Counted from the first letter of the stretch, positions 28,138 through 41,876 are shown. The stretch: DNA of 64,000 nucleotides from Gemmatimonadales bacterium (GCA_036390255.1 DASWCE010000006.1:3975-67974); one strand, 5' to 3'. Program-made: numbers and translations. Notes: generated by a model not told the origin, from the letters alone.

Positions 28138-29219
28138 ATGCAAGTTAGCCGGATCGTTCCGAGCCTACTAGCGGTTCTTGGCCTTGTCACGCCCGTCGGG
28201 CGCGCGGAGGCCGCCGCTGTCCAGGTTGGCGGCCGCTATCGCGTGACTGCCGACAACGCCTGGTTCTATCAGGACGTCGCGGGCCACCGCATCGCGCGCA
28301 TCGCGCATGGCGCGATTTTGACGGGTGGAGGCGCAACCCGCAACGACTGGATTCAGGTCACGCTTGCAGGGTGGATCTTCGGGACGTCCGTCGGTCGCAG
28401 CGATCGCCCCGACTTCGATCTGATCGTCACGCGCACACCGAACGAAAACTTGCGCGCGGCGCCCGCCGGCCCGTTGGTCGCCGAGCTCGCGCAGGGGTTT
28501 GGACTGAAACGCGCGTCACCGGACAGCAGCGGACGCTGGGTGCACGTGACACGCGACGGCTGGGTGCAGCGCAGCGCCCTCGCCCCCATGGCCGACGTCG
28601 TGGTGACGCGGACAGTAGACTCGAGCGAGAGCCCCGCGGACACTGGCACGGCTAGACCAACGCCGGGGCCACGCGCCGCCACCGACAGCATGCGCGTGGA
28701 CTCAACGCGCGCCCAACCCGTGCGTATGACGACGCTCTATCGCGCCCCCGATGGTCCGGAAGCCGGTACCATCGCGACCGAGACGCCGCTGCGGGTCCTC
28801 AGCCGCAACGGCGAATGGACGCGCGTGCAGTTCGAAGGCTGGGTGAAGGGTGGTGATCTCCAGGCCGCGCCTGCCGGTGTGCTGGTCGGCGTCACCGCCG
28901 CCGAGCTGCGCGCCGAGCCGCAGCGTTACGTCGGCCAGGTGCTGCGCTGGAATCTGGAATTCATCGCGATTCAGAAAGCCGACGACTTGCGGCCCGACAT
29001 TCCGAAAGGCGCGTCCTACGTACTGGCGCGCGGGCCCCTCCCGGAACGTGGTTTCGTGTACATCGTGGTGCCGGAGACCAAGCTCCCGGCGTTCCGGGCC
29101 CTGACACCGCTTACTCCGATGCAGATCATCGCACGCGTGCGGAACGGTCGCGGCCGGTACCTGGGCAACCCCGTTGTAGACCTGATTTCGCTCGAAGGCG
29201 GAGGAGGAGCTGGAACGCC

Positions 29220-29223
<4 letters not shown>
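28138..29223 (+). CDS. secreted protein with three SH3b-like repeats
   Basis: Signal peptide MQVSRIVPSLLAVLGLVTPVGRAEA. Three segments end in W-x-V/Q...GW-type SH3_3 signatures (DWIQVTLAGWIF, GRWVHVTRDGWVQ, GEWTRVQFEGWVK). The SD GAGGGGG lies upstream of the ATG at 28138. Confidence 0.68.
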
Positions 29224-33542
<4,319 letters not shown>

Positions 33543-33630
33543 CCGCCTTCCTCTATTGACAGATCGCCGGCCCCGGCGAACCTTGGGGCGGTCCCCGCCG
33601 TCGAATCGTCACCTTTCGAACGGAGTTCGC

Positions 33631-35127
33631 ATGAATCTGTTTCGCCGGAAAAGCGTCACCGACTTGCAGACGGAAGCGCTCAGCGATCACAGCCTCAAGC
33701 GAGCCCTGGGGGCGTTGAACCTCACGCTGCTGGGCATCGGCGCGATCATCGGAACCGGCATCTTTGTGCTCACCGGAACGGTCGCCGCGTTGAACTCCGG
33801 TCCGGCGGTCGTGCTGTCCTTCGCGCTTGCCGGCGTAGCCTCCATCTTCGCCGCGCTCTGCTATTCGGAGTTCGCCTCGCTCGTGCCGATGGCCGGAAGT
33901 GCCTACACCTACGGCTACGCGACATTGGGAGAGTTTGTCGCGTGGGTCATCGGCTGGGATCTGGTACTCGAGTATGCACTCGGCGCCGTGACCGTCGCGA
34001 TCGGGTGGTCGGGTTACGTGGTGTCGTTCCTGCACGACGTCGGGATCAACCTGCCGTGTGCATGGTCGGCGGCCCGCGGCACCCTCGCCGCCTGCGCGGA
34101 CGGTACGCAAGTGACCGCCGTCTTCAATCTGCCTGCCGTCATCATCATCGCCATCGTGACCACGCTGCTGGTGATCGGGATCAAAGAGTCGGCGAACGTC
34201 AATAACGTCATCGTGTTCATCAAGGGAGCGGTGGTCATTCTCTTCATCATTGCAGCGGCGCACGCGATCAACACCGCGAACTGGCACCCGTTCATCCCGC
34301 CGTCGGAGGGCGGTAGCAAGTTCGGGTGGAACGGCGTCATGGCGGGCGCCGGAATCGTGTTCTTTGCCTACATCGGATTTGACGCCGTCAGCACGGCCGC
34401 CCAAGAAGCGAAGAATCCTCAGCACGACATGCCGATCGGCATCATCGGATCGCTGCTGATCTGCACGGTGCTGTACATCCTTGTGTCCGGAATCGCGACC
34501 GGCGTCGTGCCGTTCCGCGATCTCAACGTGCCGGATCCGATCGCCGTCGCTGCCGATCGCGCCGGTCTGGGCTGGATGGCAACGTTGATCAAGCTCGGAG
34601 CCATCGCGGGACTTTCATCCGTGATTCTGGTCATGCTGCTCGGGCAGTCCCGTGTCTTCTACTCGATGTCGCGCGACGGCCTGCTGCCCCCGTTCATAAA
34701 CAGGGTCCACCCGAGATTCCAGACGCCGTACATCACGTCGATCGTGACCGGCGTTGTGGTGGCGTTTTTCTCGGCGATTCTGCCGATCCGTGACGCCGCG
34801 AGCCTCGTGTCGATCGGGACGCTACTCGCCTTCGTAATCGTGTCGGTCGGGATTCTCGTCCTCCGGCAGCGCGAGCCTAACCTGCCGCGTGTGTTCCGAA
34901 CGCCGGCGGTGTGGCTGGTCGCGCCGCTGGGAGCGTTGTCTGCGCTCTACCTGATGGTGAGCCTGAGCGGCCGCACGTGGGCACGGCTGGGCATCTGGTT
35001 CGTGATCGGTCTCTTCGTGTACTTCCTCTACGGTGTGCGCCACTCGCGGTTGGCGGCGGGAAGTACCGGCGGTCGCGCGCAGGCCCCGGGGGCCCCCACC
35101 CCTCCGGTCCCGCCACGTCGCCAGTAG
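33631..35127 (+). CDS. APC-superfamily amino acid permease (cationic amino acid transporter-like)
   Basis: LKRALGALNLTLLGIGAIIGTGIFVLTG, about 12-14 TM segments, and the FAYIGFDAVSTAAQEAKNP motif. Confidence 0.9.
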   Translation: MNLFRRKSVTDLQTEALSDHSLKRALGALNLTLLGIGAIIGTGIFVLTGTVAALNSGPAVVLSFALAGVASIFAALCYSEFASLVPMAGSAYTYGYATLGEFVAWVIGWDLVLEYALGAVTVAIGWSGYVVSFLHDVGINLPCAWSAARGTLAACADGTQVTAVFNLPAVIIIAIVTTLLVIGIKESANVNNVIVFIKGAVVILFIIAAAHAINTANWHPFIPPSEGGSKFGWNGVMAGAGIVFFAYIGFDAVSTAAQEAKNPQHDMPIGIIGSLLICTVLYILVSGIATGVVPFRDLNVPDPIAVAADRAGLGWMATLIKLGAIAGLSSVILVMLLGQSRVFYSMSRDGLLPPFINRVHPRFQTPYITSIVTGVVVAFFSAILPIRDAASLVSIGTLLAFVIVSVGILVLRQREPNLPRVFRTPAVWLVAPLGALSALYLMVSLSGRTWARLGIWFVIGLFVYFLYGVRHSRLAAGSTGGRAQAPGAPTPPVPPRRQ

Positions 35128-35136
35128 CGCACTCGC

Positions 35137-35189
35137 GCCTGCCGTAACCCGACCAAAAGAGTTAGATCAAAGGTCTGGTTACGGCAGGC
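35137..35189 (+). terminator. 13-bp perfect hairpin after the permease gene
   Basis: GCCTGCCGTAACC (35137-35149) pairs with GGTTACGGCAGGC (35177-35189) around a 27-nt A-rich loop. No U-tract. Confidence 0.45.
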
Positions 35190-35218
35190 CGCGAGGAGAA
35201 GGCGATTATCTTTTCAAG

Positions 35219-36262
35219 ATGAATTCGAACGGCGTTCCCGTTCCGCCCGCCCGCGCGCAGGCGGCGCGCGACGTGGCGGCCGCGCTCACTAGCGCCCGAC
35301 ACGTCGTGCTGACGACGCACGTGAACGCCGACGGTGATGGAATCGGGAGCGAAATCGGGCTGTGGTACCTGCTGCGCGACCGCGGGATTTCGGTCAGTAT
35401 CGCCAATCCCACCGCCATTCCCGATCGCTTTCAGTTCCTGATTCCCGCAGGAGCAGATGCGAGCGACCGCGCGGCGCGTGAGATCGAGCGCGCCGACGTC
35501 GTCGCATCCCTTGACATCGGCGACCTCAGCCGGCTGGGCAGTCTGGCCTCCGTCATCAGCAAGCGGCAGCCGCCGTTCGTGTGCATCGATCATCACGTCA
35601 GCCCGGTCAAGCTGCCGGCCGGGCCCTCCCTCATAGCACCCGACGCCACCGCCACGGCCGAGCTGGTGTTCGATCTCGCCTCGGTAGCGGAATGGCCGCT
35701 CACGCCCGAAGTCGCGCAAGCGCTGTACGTCGGATTGCTGACCGATACCGGTGGATTCCGGTTCTCGAATACCACCGCTCGCGCGCTGCGCGTCGCGGCC
35801 GCGCTGCTCGAGCGCGGCGTCGATCCCGAGGCGATCTATGCGTCGGTATACGCCAGCGCGCCGGAAGGGCGCGTGCGCCTGCTCGCCGAAGTGCTGCAGA
35901 CGCTGGTCGTGGAGCCCGACGTCGGCTTGGCGTGGGTCAGCGTGCCCGCCGACGCGTTGCGCCGTCACGACGTGACGCCCGATGATCTCGATGGCATCGT
36001 GGAATTTCCCCGCTCGATCGCGGGCGTCCGGATGGCGTTACTGTTCCGGCATATCGGCAACGGCCGCATCAAGGTCTCGTTCCGCTCGATGGGCGCGGTG
36101 GACGTCGCGGCACTGGCACACCAGTTCGGCGGCGGTGGTCACCTCCGCGCGGCGGGTGCGTCGCTGCCGGGCACGATGGCTGATGTCGAAGAGCAGGTAC
36201 TGAACGCGGCCCGCCGTTTTCTCACAAACGGGGGGGGCGGGGGGGGGAGCCAAACCTCGTGA
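35219..36262 (+). CDS. DHH-family phosphoesterase (NrnA-like oligoribonuclease/pAp phosphatase)
   Basis: DHH motifs THVNADGDGIGS and DHH (CIDHHVS), a DHHA1 GGGH motif (FGGGGHLRAAG), and a poly-Gly C-terminal tail. Confidence 0.85.
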   Translation: MNSNGVPVPPARAQAARDVAAALTSARHVVLTTHVNADGDGIGSEIGLWYLLRDRGISVSIANPTAIPDRFQFLIPAGADASDRAAREIERADVVASLDIGDLSRLGSLASVISKRQPPFVCIDHHVSPVKLPAGPSLIAPDATATAELVFDLASVAEWPLTPEVAQALYVGLLTDTGGFRFSNTTARALRVAAALLERGVDPEAIYASVYASAPEGRVRLLAEVLQTLVVEPDVGLAWVSVPADALRRHDVTPDDLDGIVEFPRSIAGVRMALLFRHIGNGRIKVSFRSMGAVDVAALAHQFGGGGHLRAAGASLPGTMADVEEQVLNAARRFLTNGGGGGGSQTS

Positions 36263-37365
36263 GCACGACCGATCTCAAGGCCCAGGTCGAGCAGGCGCTA
36301 GCCGCAGTCACCAACCCGCGCCACGGGCGTGACATCGTGTCCGCCGGAATGGTGCGCGATGTCACAATCGATCCCTCCGGGGCCGTTACGTTCACGTTCG
36401 TGCTCACCAGAGAGGATCCCGGCTCGTTAGCGCGGCAAGCGCGCAAAGCCGCCGCGGCCGTGCCGGGCGTGAGTGGCGTGCAGATGAACGTCGTAGACTC
36501 GGCCGGGGCTGGGGGACGCCAGGCCCCCGCAGACGGACCGTCCGCCCGCCCCGCCGCTCCGACGCCCCCCCCTCCGCCCACGCCCGACGAGATGCCGTCC
36601 CTCGGCAAGGTGCTGGCGATCTCGAGCGGCAAGGGCGGGGTCGGCAAGTCCACCGTGGCGGCAAATCTCGCCGCCGCGCTGGCGCGCGACGGGCACCGCG
36701 TGGCCCTTATGGACGCCGATATCTACGGGCCCAACATCCCGCGCATGTTCGGCGCAAATGCCAAGCCCGAAGTCCAAGGCGGCAAGATCCAGCCGCTCGA
36801 GGCGCACGGCGTGAAGCTCATGTCCCTCGGGTTCATCGTGGAGCGTGACGCGCCCGCGATCTGGCGCGGGCCCATCATCATGAAGATCATCACGCAATTC
36901 ATTCGCGACGTGGCCTGGGGGGAGCTGGACTACTTTCTGGTCGATCTCCCGCCCGGCACCGGTGACGCGCAGCTCTCGCTCACCCAGATTGTGCGCCTGC
37001 ACGGCGCGATCATCGTGACCACGCCGCAAGAGATGGCGGTCGGCGATTCGCTCCGCGGCGCGAAAATGTTCGAGCGGGTCGGGGTGAGTGTGGTTGGAAT
37101 CGTCGAGAACATGAGCTATTTCGTCTGCCCCGATTGTCACCAGCGGTCGGAAATCTTCCTGGCGGGCGGCGGCAGCCGGCTGGCGGCGGAGCTCGGCGTC
37201 CCGTTGCTGGGGCAGATTCCGCTGCAGGCGGGCATGGCGGAGCTCGCCGATCGCGGCGAGCCGATCGTCGTGAGACAGCCCGAGTCCCCGGCCGGCGTGG
37301 CGTTGCGAGAGCTGGCGCGGACTGTCAGCGCGCGCACGGCCGGGCTGGCCGCCGTGCCTCGCTGA
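36259..37365 (+). CDS. mrp: Mrp/ApbC-family Fe-S cluster carrier ATPase with N-terminal DUF59 domain
   Basis: DUF59-like N-terminus, a Pro-rich linker, the deviant Walker A SGKGGVGKST, and CPDC. The GTG start overlaps the upstream stop (GTGA). Confidence 0.92.
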   Translation: MSTTDLKAQVEQALAAVTNPRHGRDIVSAGMVRDVTIDPSGAVTFTFVLTREDPGSLARQARKAAAAVPGVSGVQMNVVDSAGAGGRQAPADGPSARPAAPTPPPPPTPDEMPSLGKVLAISSGKGGVGKSTVAANLAAALARDGHRVALMDADIYGPNIPRMFGANAKPEVQGGKIQPLEAHGVKLMSLGFIVERDAPAIWRGPIIMKIITQFIRDVAWGELDYFLVDLPPGTGDAQLSLTQIVRLHGAIIVTTPQEMAVGDSLRGAKMFERVGVSVVGIVENMSYFVCPDCHQRSEIFLAGGGSRLAAELGVPLLGQIPLQAGMAELADRGEPIVVRQPESPAGVALRELARTVSARTAGLAAVPR

Positions 37366-37366
37366 C

Positions 37367-38701
37367 GTGCCGACGCTCGTCGCGGTCGCGCTGCTGCTTC
37401 AGAGCGCTCTCGCTCTTCCGGGCTCTTCCAACACGCGGGATTCAAACCCCGAGGCGCTGCGCGCGTTGCGCGCGGGATTGGACACGCTCTACAGCGGGGA
37501 CTTTGCTGGCGCCGCGAGCTACTTCGCTGAGCTGGCGGCGCGCGATACCACGAATCCGGCGCCGCTCGTGTTCCAGGCCGGCGCGTACATCTGGTGGGCG
37601 TCCGCCAAGGACTCCGCCGACTTCGAGCTCCAACGCATCGATTCGCTCCTGGGCGCCGCGCTCGCGCGCGCGCGCGGGGCCGGCAAGCCGGGAGATTTCT
37701 GGCTCGCGACCGCCCTCGGCTATCGCGCGCGCCAACGCGAAGAACACGGGCATGGCTATAGTGCCGCCAAAGACGCGAAGGCGATGCGCGATATCTATCG
37801 TCGCCTACTGGCTGCGGATTCTACGTGTGGTGACTGTTACCTGGGGTTGGGCGTGTACGACTACGGGCTCGCGCGAACCGGAGCCTTTGCACGCTTCTTC
37901 GCGCGCCTCATCGGCTTGGGGGGCGGCAACGCCGAACGGGGAATCCGGTACATGCGTCGCGCCGCGCACGACGGTGATCTGGCGCAGGTCGAGGGTACCT
38001 GGGTGCTCGCCGCGGCGTTGATGCGCGAAGCCGCGCGCGATCCGGCGGGTCGTGCCGTCCTCGAGCGGGAGGCGCGCGGTTACGTGGAAGGACTGGCCGC
38101 GCGCTATCCACACAATCCTGTGTTTCAACGATTCTTGCAAGAGGTGTCACCCTCTGGTAAGACCTCAGCGGCGGAAACGATAGGAGCGCCGGCTGGTGGC
38201 GCGCCGGCCGTGATTGTCCCGTCGCCCATCGGCGGGCGAGGGGCGCAGGGGGGGCAGGGGGGGCAGGGTGGGCGTGAGCGCGGCGAGCTTGCCGAGCATG
38301 TTGTGGATGTGACTCTTCACGGTGTTTGTCGCGATGTTGAGCCGCTGTGCGATCTCTTTGTTGCCCAATCCCGCCGCGATCAGCTCTTTGATCTCTTGCT
38401 CCCGCTTCGTGAGCCGAACCGTACCGGCCGGGGGCGCGACGCCTCCAGCGCTTGTAAGGGAGCAAATCGCCTTCATGATGAAGGCGCTGTCGCCGTTCGC
38501 GACACCGGCGTCGAGCAACACGTCGCGGATCACTCGGTTGTCTTCGACGACCAGCACGCGAATGTACGTGGCTGCTCCGGGCGTCGCGCCCGCGCGACGC
38601 TCGCCGAGGCGAATGGTCCAGGGCACACTCCACCTCCCTCTTCAGACGTAAGGTATTTGGCGCCAGGGACCAGTGGCAGCCATCGCGGGAGCGAGGTTTG
38701 A
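37367..38701 (+). CDS. hypothetical secreted helical-repeat protein; 3' end uncertain
   Basis: It has a signal peptide and a plausible protein composition up to about 38160. The frame then stays open to 38701, but that part is low-complexity or antisense to a clear LuxR gene. A frame-1 TGA at 38275-38277 lies just after two G7 tracts. Confidence 0.5.
   Translation: MPTLVAVALLLQSALALPGSSNTRDSNPEALRALRAGLDTLYSGDFAGAASYFAELAARDTTNPAPLVFQAGAYIWWASAKDSADFELQRIDSLLGAALARARGAGKPGDFWLATALGYRARQREEHGHGYSAAKDAKAMRDIYRRLLAADSTCGDCYLGLGVYDYGLARTGAFARFFARLIGLGGGNAERGIRYMRRAAHDGDLAQVEGTWVLAAALMREAARDPAGRAVLEREARGYVEGLAARYPHNPVFQRFLQEVSPSGKTSAAETIGAPAGGAPAVIVPSPIGGRGAQGGQGGQGGRERGELAEHVVDVTLHGVCRDVEPLCDLFVAQSRRDQLFDLLLPLREPNRTGRGRDASSACKGANRLHDEGAVAVRDTGVEQHVADHSVVFDDQHANVRGCSGRRARATLAEANGPGHTPPPSSDVRYLAPGTSGSHRGSEV
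38165..38626 (-). CDS. LuxR/GerE-family HTH regulator with vestigial receiver N-terminus
   Basis: Unmistakable GerE helix-turn-helix: LTKREQEIKELIAAGLGNKEIAQRLNIATNTVKSHIHNMLGKL. The N-terminus IRVLVVEDNRVIRDVL looks like receiver strand 1 and helix 1, but the rest of the REC domain is missing. Confidence 0.8.
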   Translation of the reverse strand: MPWTIRLGERRAGATPGAATYIRVLVVEDNRVIRDVLLDAGVANGDSAFIMKAICSLTSAGGVAPPAGTVRLTKREQEIKELIAAGLGNKEIAQRLNIATNTVKSHIHNMLGKLAALTPTLPPLPPLRPSPADGRRDNHGRRATSRRSYRFRR

Positions 38702-38704
38702 GGG

Positions 38705-40111
38705 GTGGCGAATCCCTCTTTTGGCTTAGACCGGATGAATCAATCAGTACGCCGTGTGCTCCTGCTGTTCGGCCTGGCCACGGTCTATTTCTTCGCCGCG
38801 AAACTCGGGTTGCGATTCGCCTACATCAACAGCAGCGTCACCACGGTCTGGCCGCCGGCCGGCATCGCCCTGGCTGGCTTCGTCCTGCTCGGGTACCGCG
38901 TGTGGCCGGCGATTCTCGGCGCCGCGTTCCTCGCGAACGTCACGACCACCGGCGCCGTGCTGCCGTCGATCGGGATCGCGATCGGCAATACCGCCGAGGG
39001 ACTGCTCGGCTCCTACCTCGTCAACCGGTTCGCGCGGGGCGGGCGCGTCTTCGATCGCGTCCGCGACATCGTTCGGTTCACGGCGCTGGCGGCCCTCGTC
39101 AGTACCACCCTCTCCGCAGCGATCGGAGTGACCTCGCTGGCGGTTGGCGGCCTGATGTCGTGGACCGATGCGCCACGCGTCTGGCTCACGTGGTGGCTGG
39201 GCGACGCGGTGGGCGACATCGTCATCGCGCCCGCGCTGATTCTGTGGATCGGGGTCAAGCCGGCCCCCCGCTGGAATCGCGCGGAGTTCTTGGAAGCACT
39301 CGTGGTCGCTGCCGTGACCGCCCTCGTGACGTTCGCGATGTTCGGGGGTCTGTTTCCCTCACGCCATTATCCGGTTACCGTGTTGCTGTGGCCGGTGCTG
39401 ATCTGGGTCGCCTTCCGCTTCAGCCCGCGCGAAGCGGCGAGCGCCATGCTCATTGTTTCCGCGATCGCCATCGGGCGCACGCTGCAGGGGGTGGGTCCGT
39501 TCTCCGCCTATGCCGCGAACGAACGGCTCGTGCTGCTCCAGGTCTGGACGGGCATCACCGCCGCAACGAGTCTCGTGCTGGCCGCGGTCGTCGCTGTGCA
39601 GCGCGAGCTGCAGGGCACGTGGCGCGAGCTTGCCGTCACCGATGCGTTGACCGGGCTCGCCAATCACCGCCAGCTGACTCAGGCGCTCGAGGCCGAGATC
39701 CGCCGCTCCCGGCGTACCGGCCAGCCGATGGCGGTGGTGTTGCTCGACCTGGACGGCTTGAAGCAAATCAACGATCGCCATGGCCACCTGGCCGGGAGCA
39801 TGGCGATCCGCCGCGTGGCCGAGGCACTGCTTGGCTCGTGCCGCGCGACAGACACGGCGGCCCGCTTCGGCGGCGACGAATTCGCCCTGATTCTGCCCGA
39901 GACGGGCGAAGCCGCCGCCTGGCACGTGGCCCGAGGTGTGGCGGACCGGCTGGCCACGGATGCCGAAAAGCCGAACTTGTCGATCAGCGTGGGGGTAGCA
40001 GTGTACCCCGGCCACGGTGAGACCGTCGAGGCACTCCTAAACGCAGCCGATGTCGCGTTATACGAGACCAAGGAACGCCGCAAGGCCAGGGCTGCAGGGC
40101 TTGCTCCCTAA
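38705..40111 (+). CDS. MASE1-GGDEF diguanylate cyclase
   Basis: The N-terminal polytopic region has MASE1 features (FFAAKLGLRFAYINSSVTTVWPPAGIALA). The C-terminus carries GGDEF (RFGGDEFALIL) with an RxxD I-site (RATD). Confidence 0.88.
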   Translation: MANPSFGLDRMNQSVRRVLLLFGLATVYFFAAKLGLRFAYINSSVTTVWPPAGIALAGFVLLGYRVWPAILGAAFLANVTTTGAVLPSIGIAIGNTAEGLLGSYLVNRFARGGRVFDRVRDIVRFTALAALVSTTLSAAIGVTSLAVGGLMSWTDAPRVWLTWWLGDAVGDIVIAPALILWIGVKPAPRWNRAEFLEALVVAAVTALVTFAMFGGLFPSRHYPVTVLLWPVLIWVAFRFSPREAASAMLIVSAIAIGRTLQGVGPFSAYAANERLVLLQVWTGITAATSLVLAAVVAVQRELQGTWRELAVTDALTGLANHRQLTQALEAEIRRSRRTGQPMAVVLLDLDGLKQINDRHGHLAGSMAIRRVAEALLGSCRATDTAARFGGDEFALILPETGEAAAWHVARGVADRLATDAEKPNLSISVGVAVYPGHGETVEALLNAADVALYETKERRKARAAGLAP

Positions 40112-40135
40112 CCGGCCACCCATAGGTTTTGAGCC

Positions 40136-41065
40136 ATGGACACCAAGAAAAGCATGAGCGTCTCGACGCGCGCGTCGGATCCCCAGGCAGCGCTGACCGA
40201 ATCGTCCGCGGGGCTGCTGCGCGAGCTGGTCGCGCACCTGCGGCAGAATCGCACGCAGCTGCGTGAGGAATGGGCCCGGCGTATCACGCGCGCCGAGCTG
40301 CTGACGGCGATGACGGAAGAGGAAATCTTCGCCGAAGCGACTGCGGTCTACGACAACTACGTGGAAGCCCTCGAGACCGGCACCTTCGAAGCGCTGCAAG
40401 CGTACTCGCGGCGCCTCTCGGAGCGCATCATTCCGCGAGGCGTCGAAACCGACGAAGTCGTCGGCATCGTGCTGTTACTCCGCGACGTACTCGCCCGCTC
40501 GCTGTTCACGAAATACCAAGACAACGTCGAAAAACTGAACCGGATTCTCGACAGTTACGAGCCCGCAGCGAACCGCATCGCGAACACGGTGGCCGTCGGA
40601 TTCGTGGAGGAGCGCGAGCGCATCATCCGGCAGCAACAGGAAGCGATCCGGGAGCTGTCCACGCCGGTGCTCCAGGTGCGTGAGCGGCTCCTCATTCTGC
40701 CCATCATCGGCGTCATCGATCCGCAGCGCGCCAGGCAGTTGACCGAACAGCTATTGCGTGCGATTCGGGCCAACCGCGCCAAGGTCGTCGTGATCGACGT
40801 GACCGGTGTGGCGGCGATGGACTCCGGTGTCGCGAACCACCTGGTGCAGACGGTCGAAGCGTCGCGCCTGCTGGGCGCCACCGTGATCGTGACGGGCCTG
40901 TCGCCGGAAATCGCGCAGACCCTGGTGACGATTGGCGTGGACCTGAGCGAAATGGCCACGGTCGGTGACCTGCAGGGAGGTATCGAAGAGGCGGAGCGGT
41001 TGCTCGCCGATCGCGCCGTGCCGACAACGCAGGTCCGCGAAATCGCCCCAGAATCTACACGCTAG
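40136..41065 (+). CDS. rsbR: RsbR-like stressosome sensor protein (helical N-domain + STAS)
   Basis: The C-terminal STAS is collinear with B. subtilis RsbRA (STPVLQV..LLILPIIGVID..RA..L...VVVIDVTGVAAMDSGVANHL...VTGLSPEIAQTLVTIGVDL). Confidence 0.85.
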   Translation: MDTKKSMSVSTRASDPQAALTESSAGLLRELVAHLRQNRTQLREEWARRITRAELLTAMTEEEIFAEATAVYDNYVEALETGTFEALQAYSRRLSERIIPRGVETDEVVGIVLLLRDVLARSLFTKYQDNVEKLNRILDSYEPAANRIANTVAVGFVEERERIIRQQQEAIRELSTPVLQVRERLLILPIIGVIDPQRARQLTEQLLRAIRANRAKVVVIDVTGVAAMDSGVANHLVQTVEASRLLGATVIVTGLSPEIAQTLVTIGVDLSEMATVGDLQGGIEEAERLLADRAVPTTQVREIAPESTR

Positions 41066-41077
41066 CGGGAGGACGCC

Positions 41078-41476
41078 GTGGAAGTACCGATTCTGCGGCA
41101 GGGGCAATACCTCATTGCCTCGATTCAGTCCGCCCTTACTGACGCCGACCTATCCCATCTTCGTGAAGCGCTGATCGCCCAGGTCGGGCGGTCGCGCTGC
41201 CGCGGCGTGATCGTCGACGTCACGGCGCTCGACGTCATGGATTCCTTCGCGGTGCGCACGCTGCGCGACATCGCGCATATGGCGCGCTTACGCGGCGCCG
41301 AGACGGTCATCGTCGGCATCCAGCCCGACGTGGCGTTCGCCATGGTGCAGCTCGGCCTGACGCTGAAAGGCGTCGCGACCGTTCTCGATCTCGAGGAGGG
41401 GCTGGCGTTCCTCAATCACCGCACGCAGGAGCGCTTCCTCGAAACAAAACCAAAGAAGCCGAGTGGCCGTGGGTGA
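41078..41476 (+). CDS. rsbS: RsbS-like STAS-domain stressosome scaffold/antagonist
   Basis: Single STAS domain of 132 aa: VPILRQGQYLIASIQ...VIVDVTALDVMDSFAVR...IVGIQPDVAFAMVQLGL, with the conserved Ser in the DS motif. Confidence 0.85.
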   Translation: MEVPILRQGQYLIASIQSALTDADLSHLREALIAQVGRSRCRGVIVDVTALDVMDSFAVRTLRDIAHMARLRGAETVIVGIQPDVAFAMVQLGLTLKGVATVLDLEEGLAFLNHRTQERFLETKPKKPSGRG

Positions 41477-41876
41477 AGAGCTGCGCCTGCCAATTGCGGC
41501 GGACGTCGATGTCGTTGAAGCCCGACAACAAGGCCGCGCATTAGCCGCCGTCGCGGGATTCTCGAGCGGCGAGCAGACCGTCATTGCCGCCGCGATTTCC
41601 GAAATCGCCCGCAACATCCTGATGTACGCCAAGAAGGGCGAGATCATCCTCAGTCTCGTCCAGAACGGTGATCGCCAGGGCGTCTTCGTCGTCGCGATCG
41701 ATCAGGGTCCCGGGATTCCGGACATCGAGCGCGCCATGCAGTACGGCTACTCCACGTCGCACGGCGTCGGCGCCGGGCTGCCCGGCGCCAAGCGGCTCAT
41801 GGACGAGTTCGACGTCGATTCGGTGGTGGGACGCGGCACGACGATCACCATGACAAAGTGGCGGCGGGCCATTTGA
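41463..41876 (+). CDS. rsbT: RsbT-like serine/threonine kinase (HATPase_c anti-sigma regulatory factor)
   Basis: 137 aa. N-box-like EIARNILMYA, G-boxes DQGPGI and GAGLPGAKRL, and a TTITMTKW end. Confidence 0.85.
   Translation: MAVGEELRLPIAADVDVVEARQQGRALAAVAGFSSGEQTVIAAAISEIARNILMYAKKGEIILSLVQNGDRQGVFVVAIDQGPGIPDIERAMQYGYSTSHGVGAGLPGAKRLMDEFDVDSVVGRGTTITMTKWRRAI

Noticed and set aside
38698-40020. 440-aa alternative-frame ORF overlapping the MASE1-GGDEF gene on the same strand
   Set aside because: The 38705 frame carries the MASE1 helices and the GGDEF/I-site motifs. The alternative frame is an Arg/Gly/Pro-rich translation without motifs.
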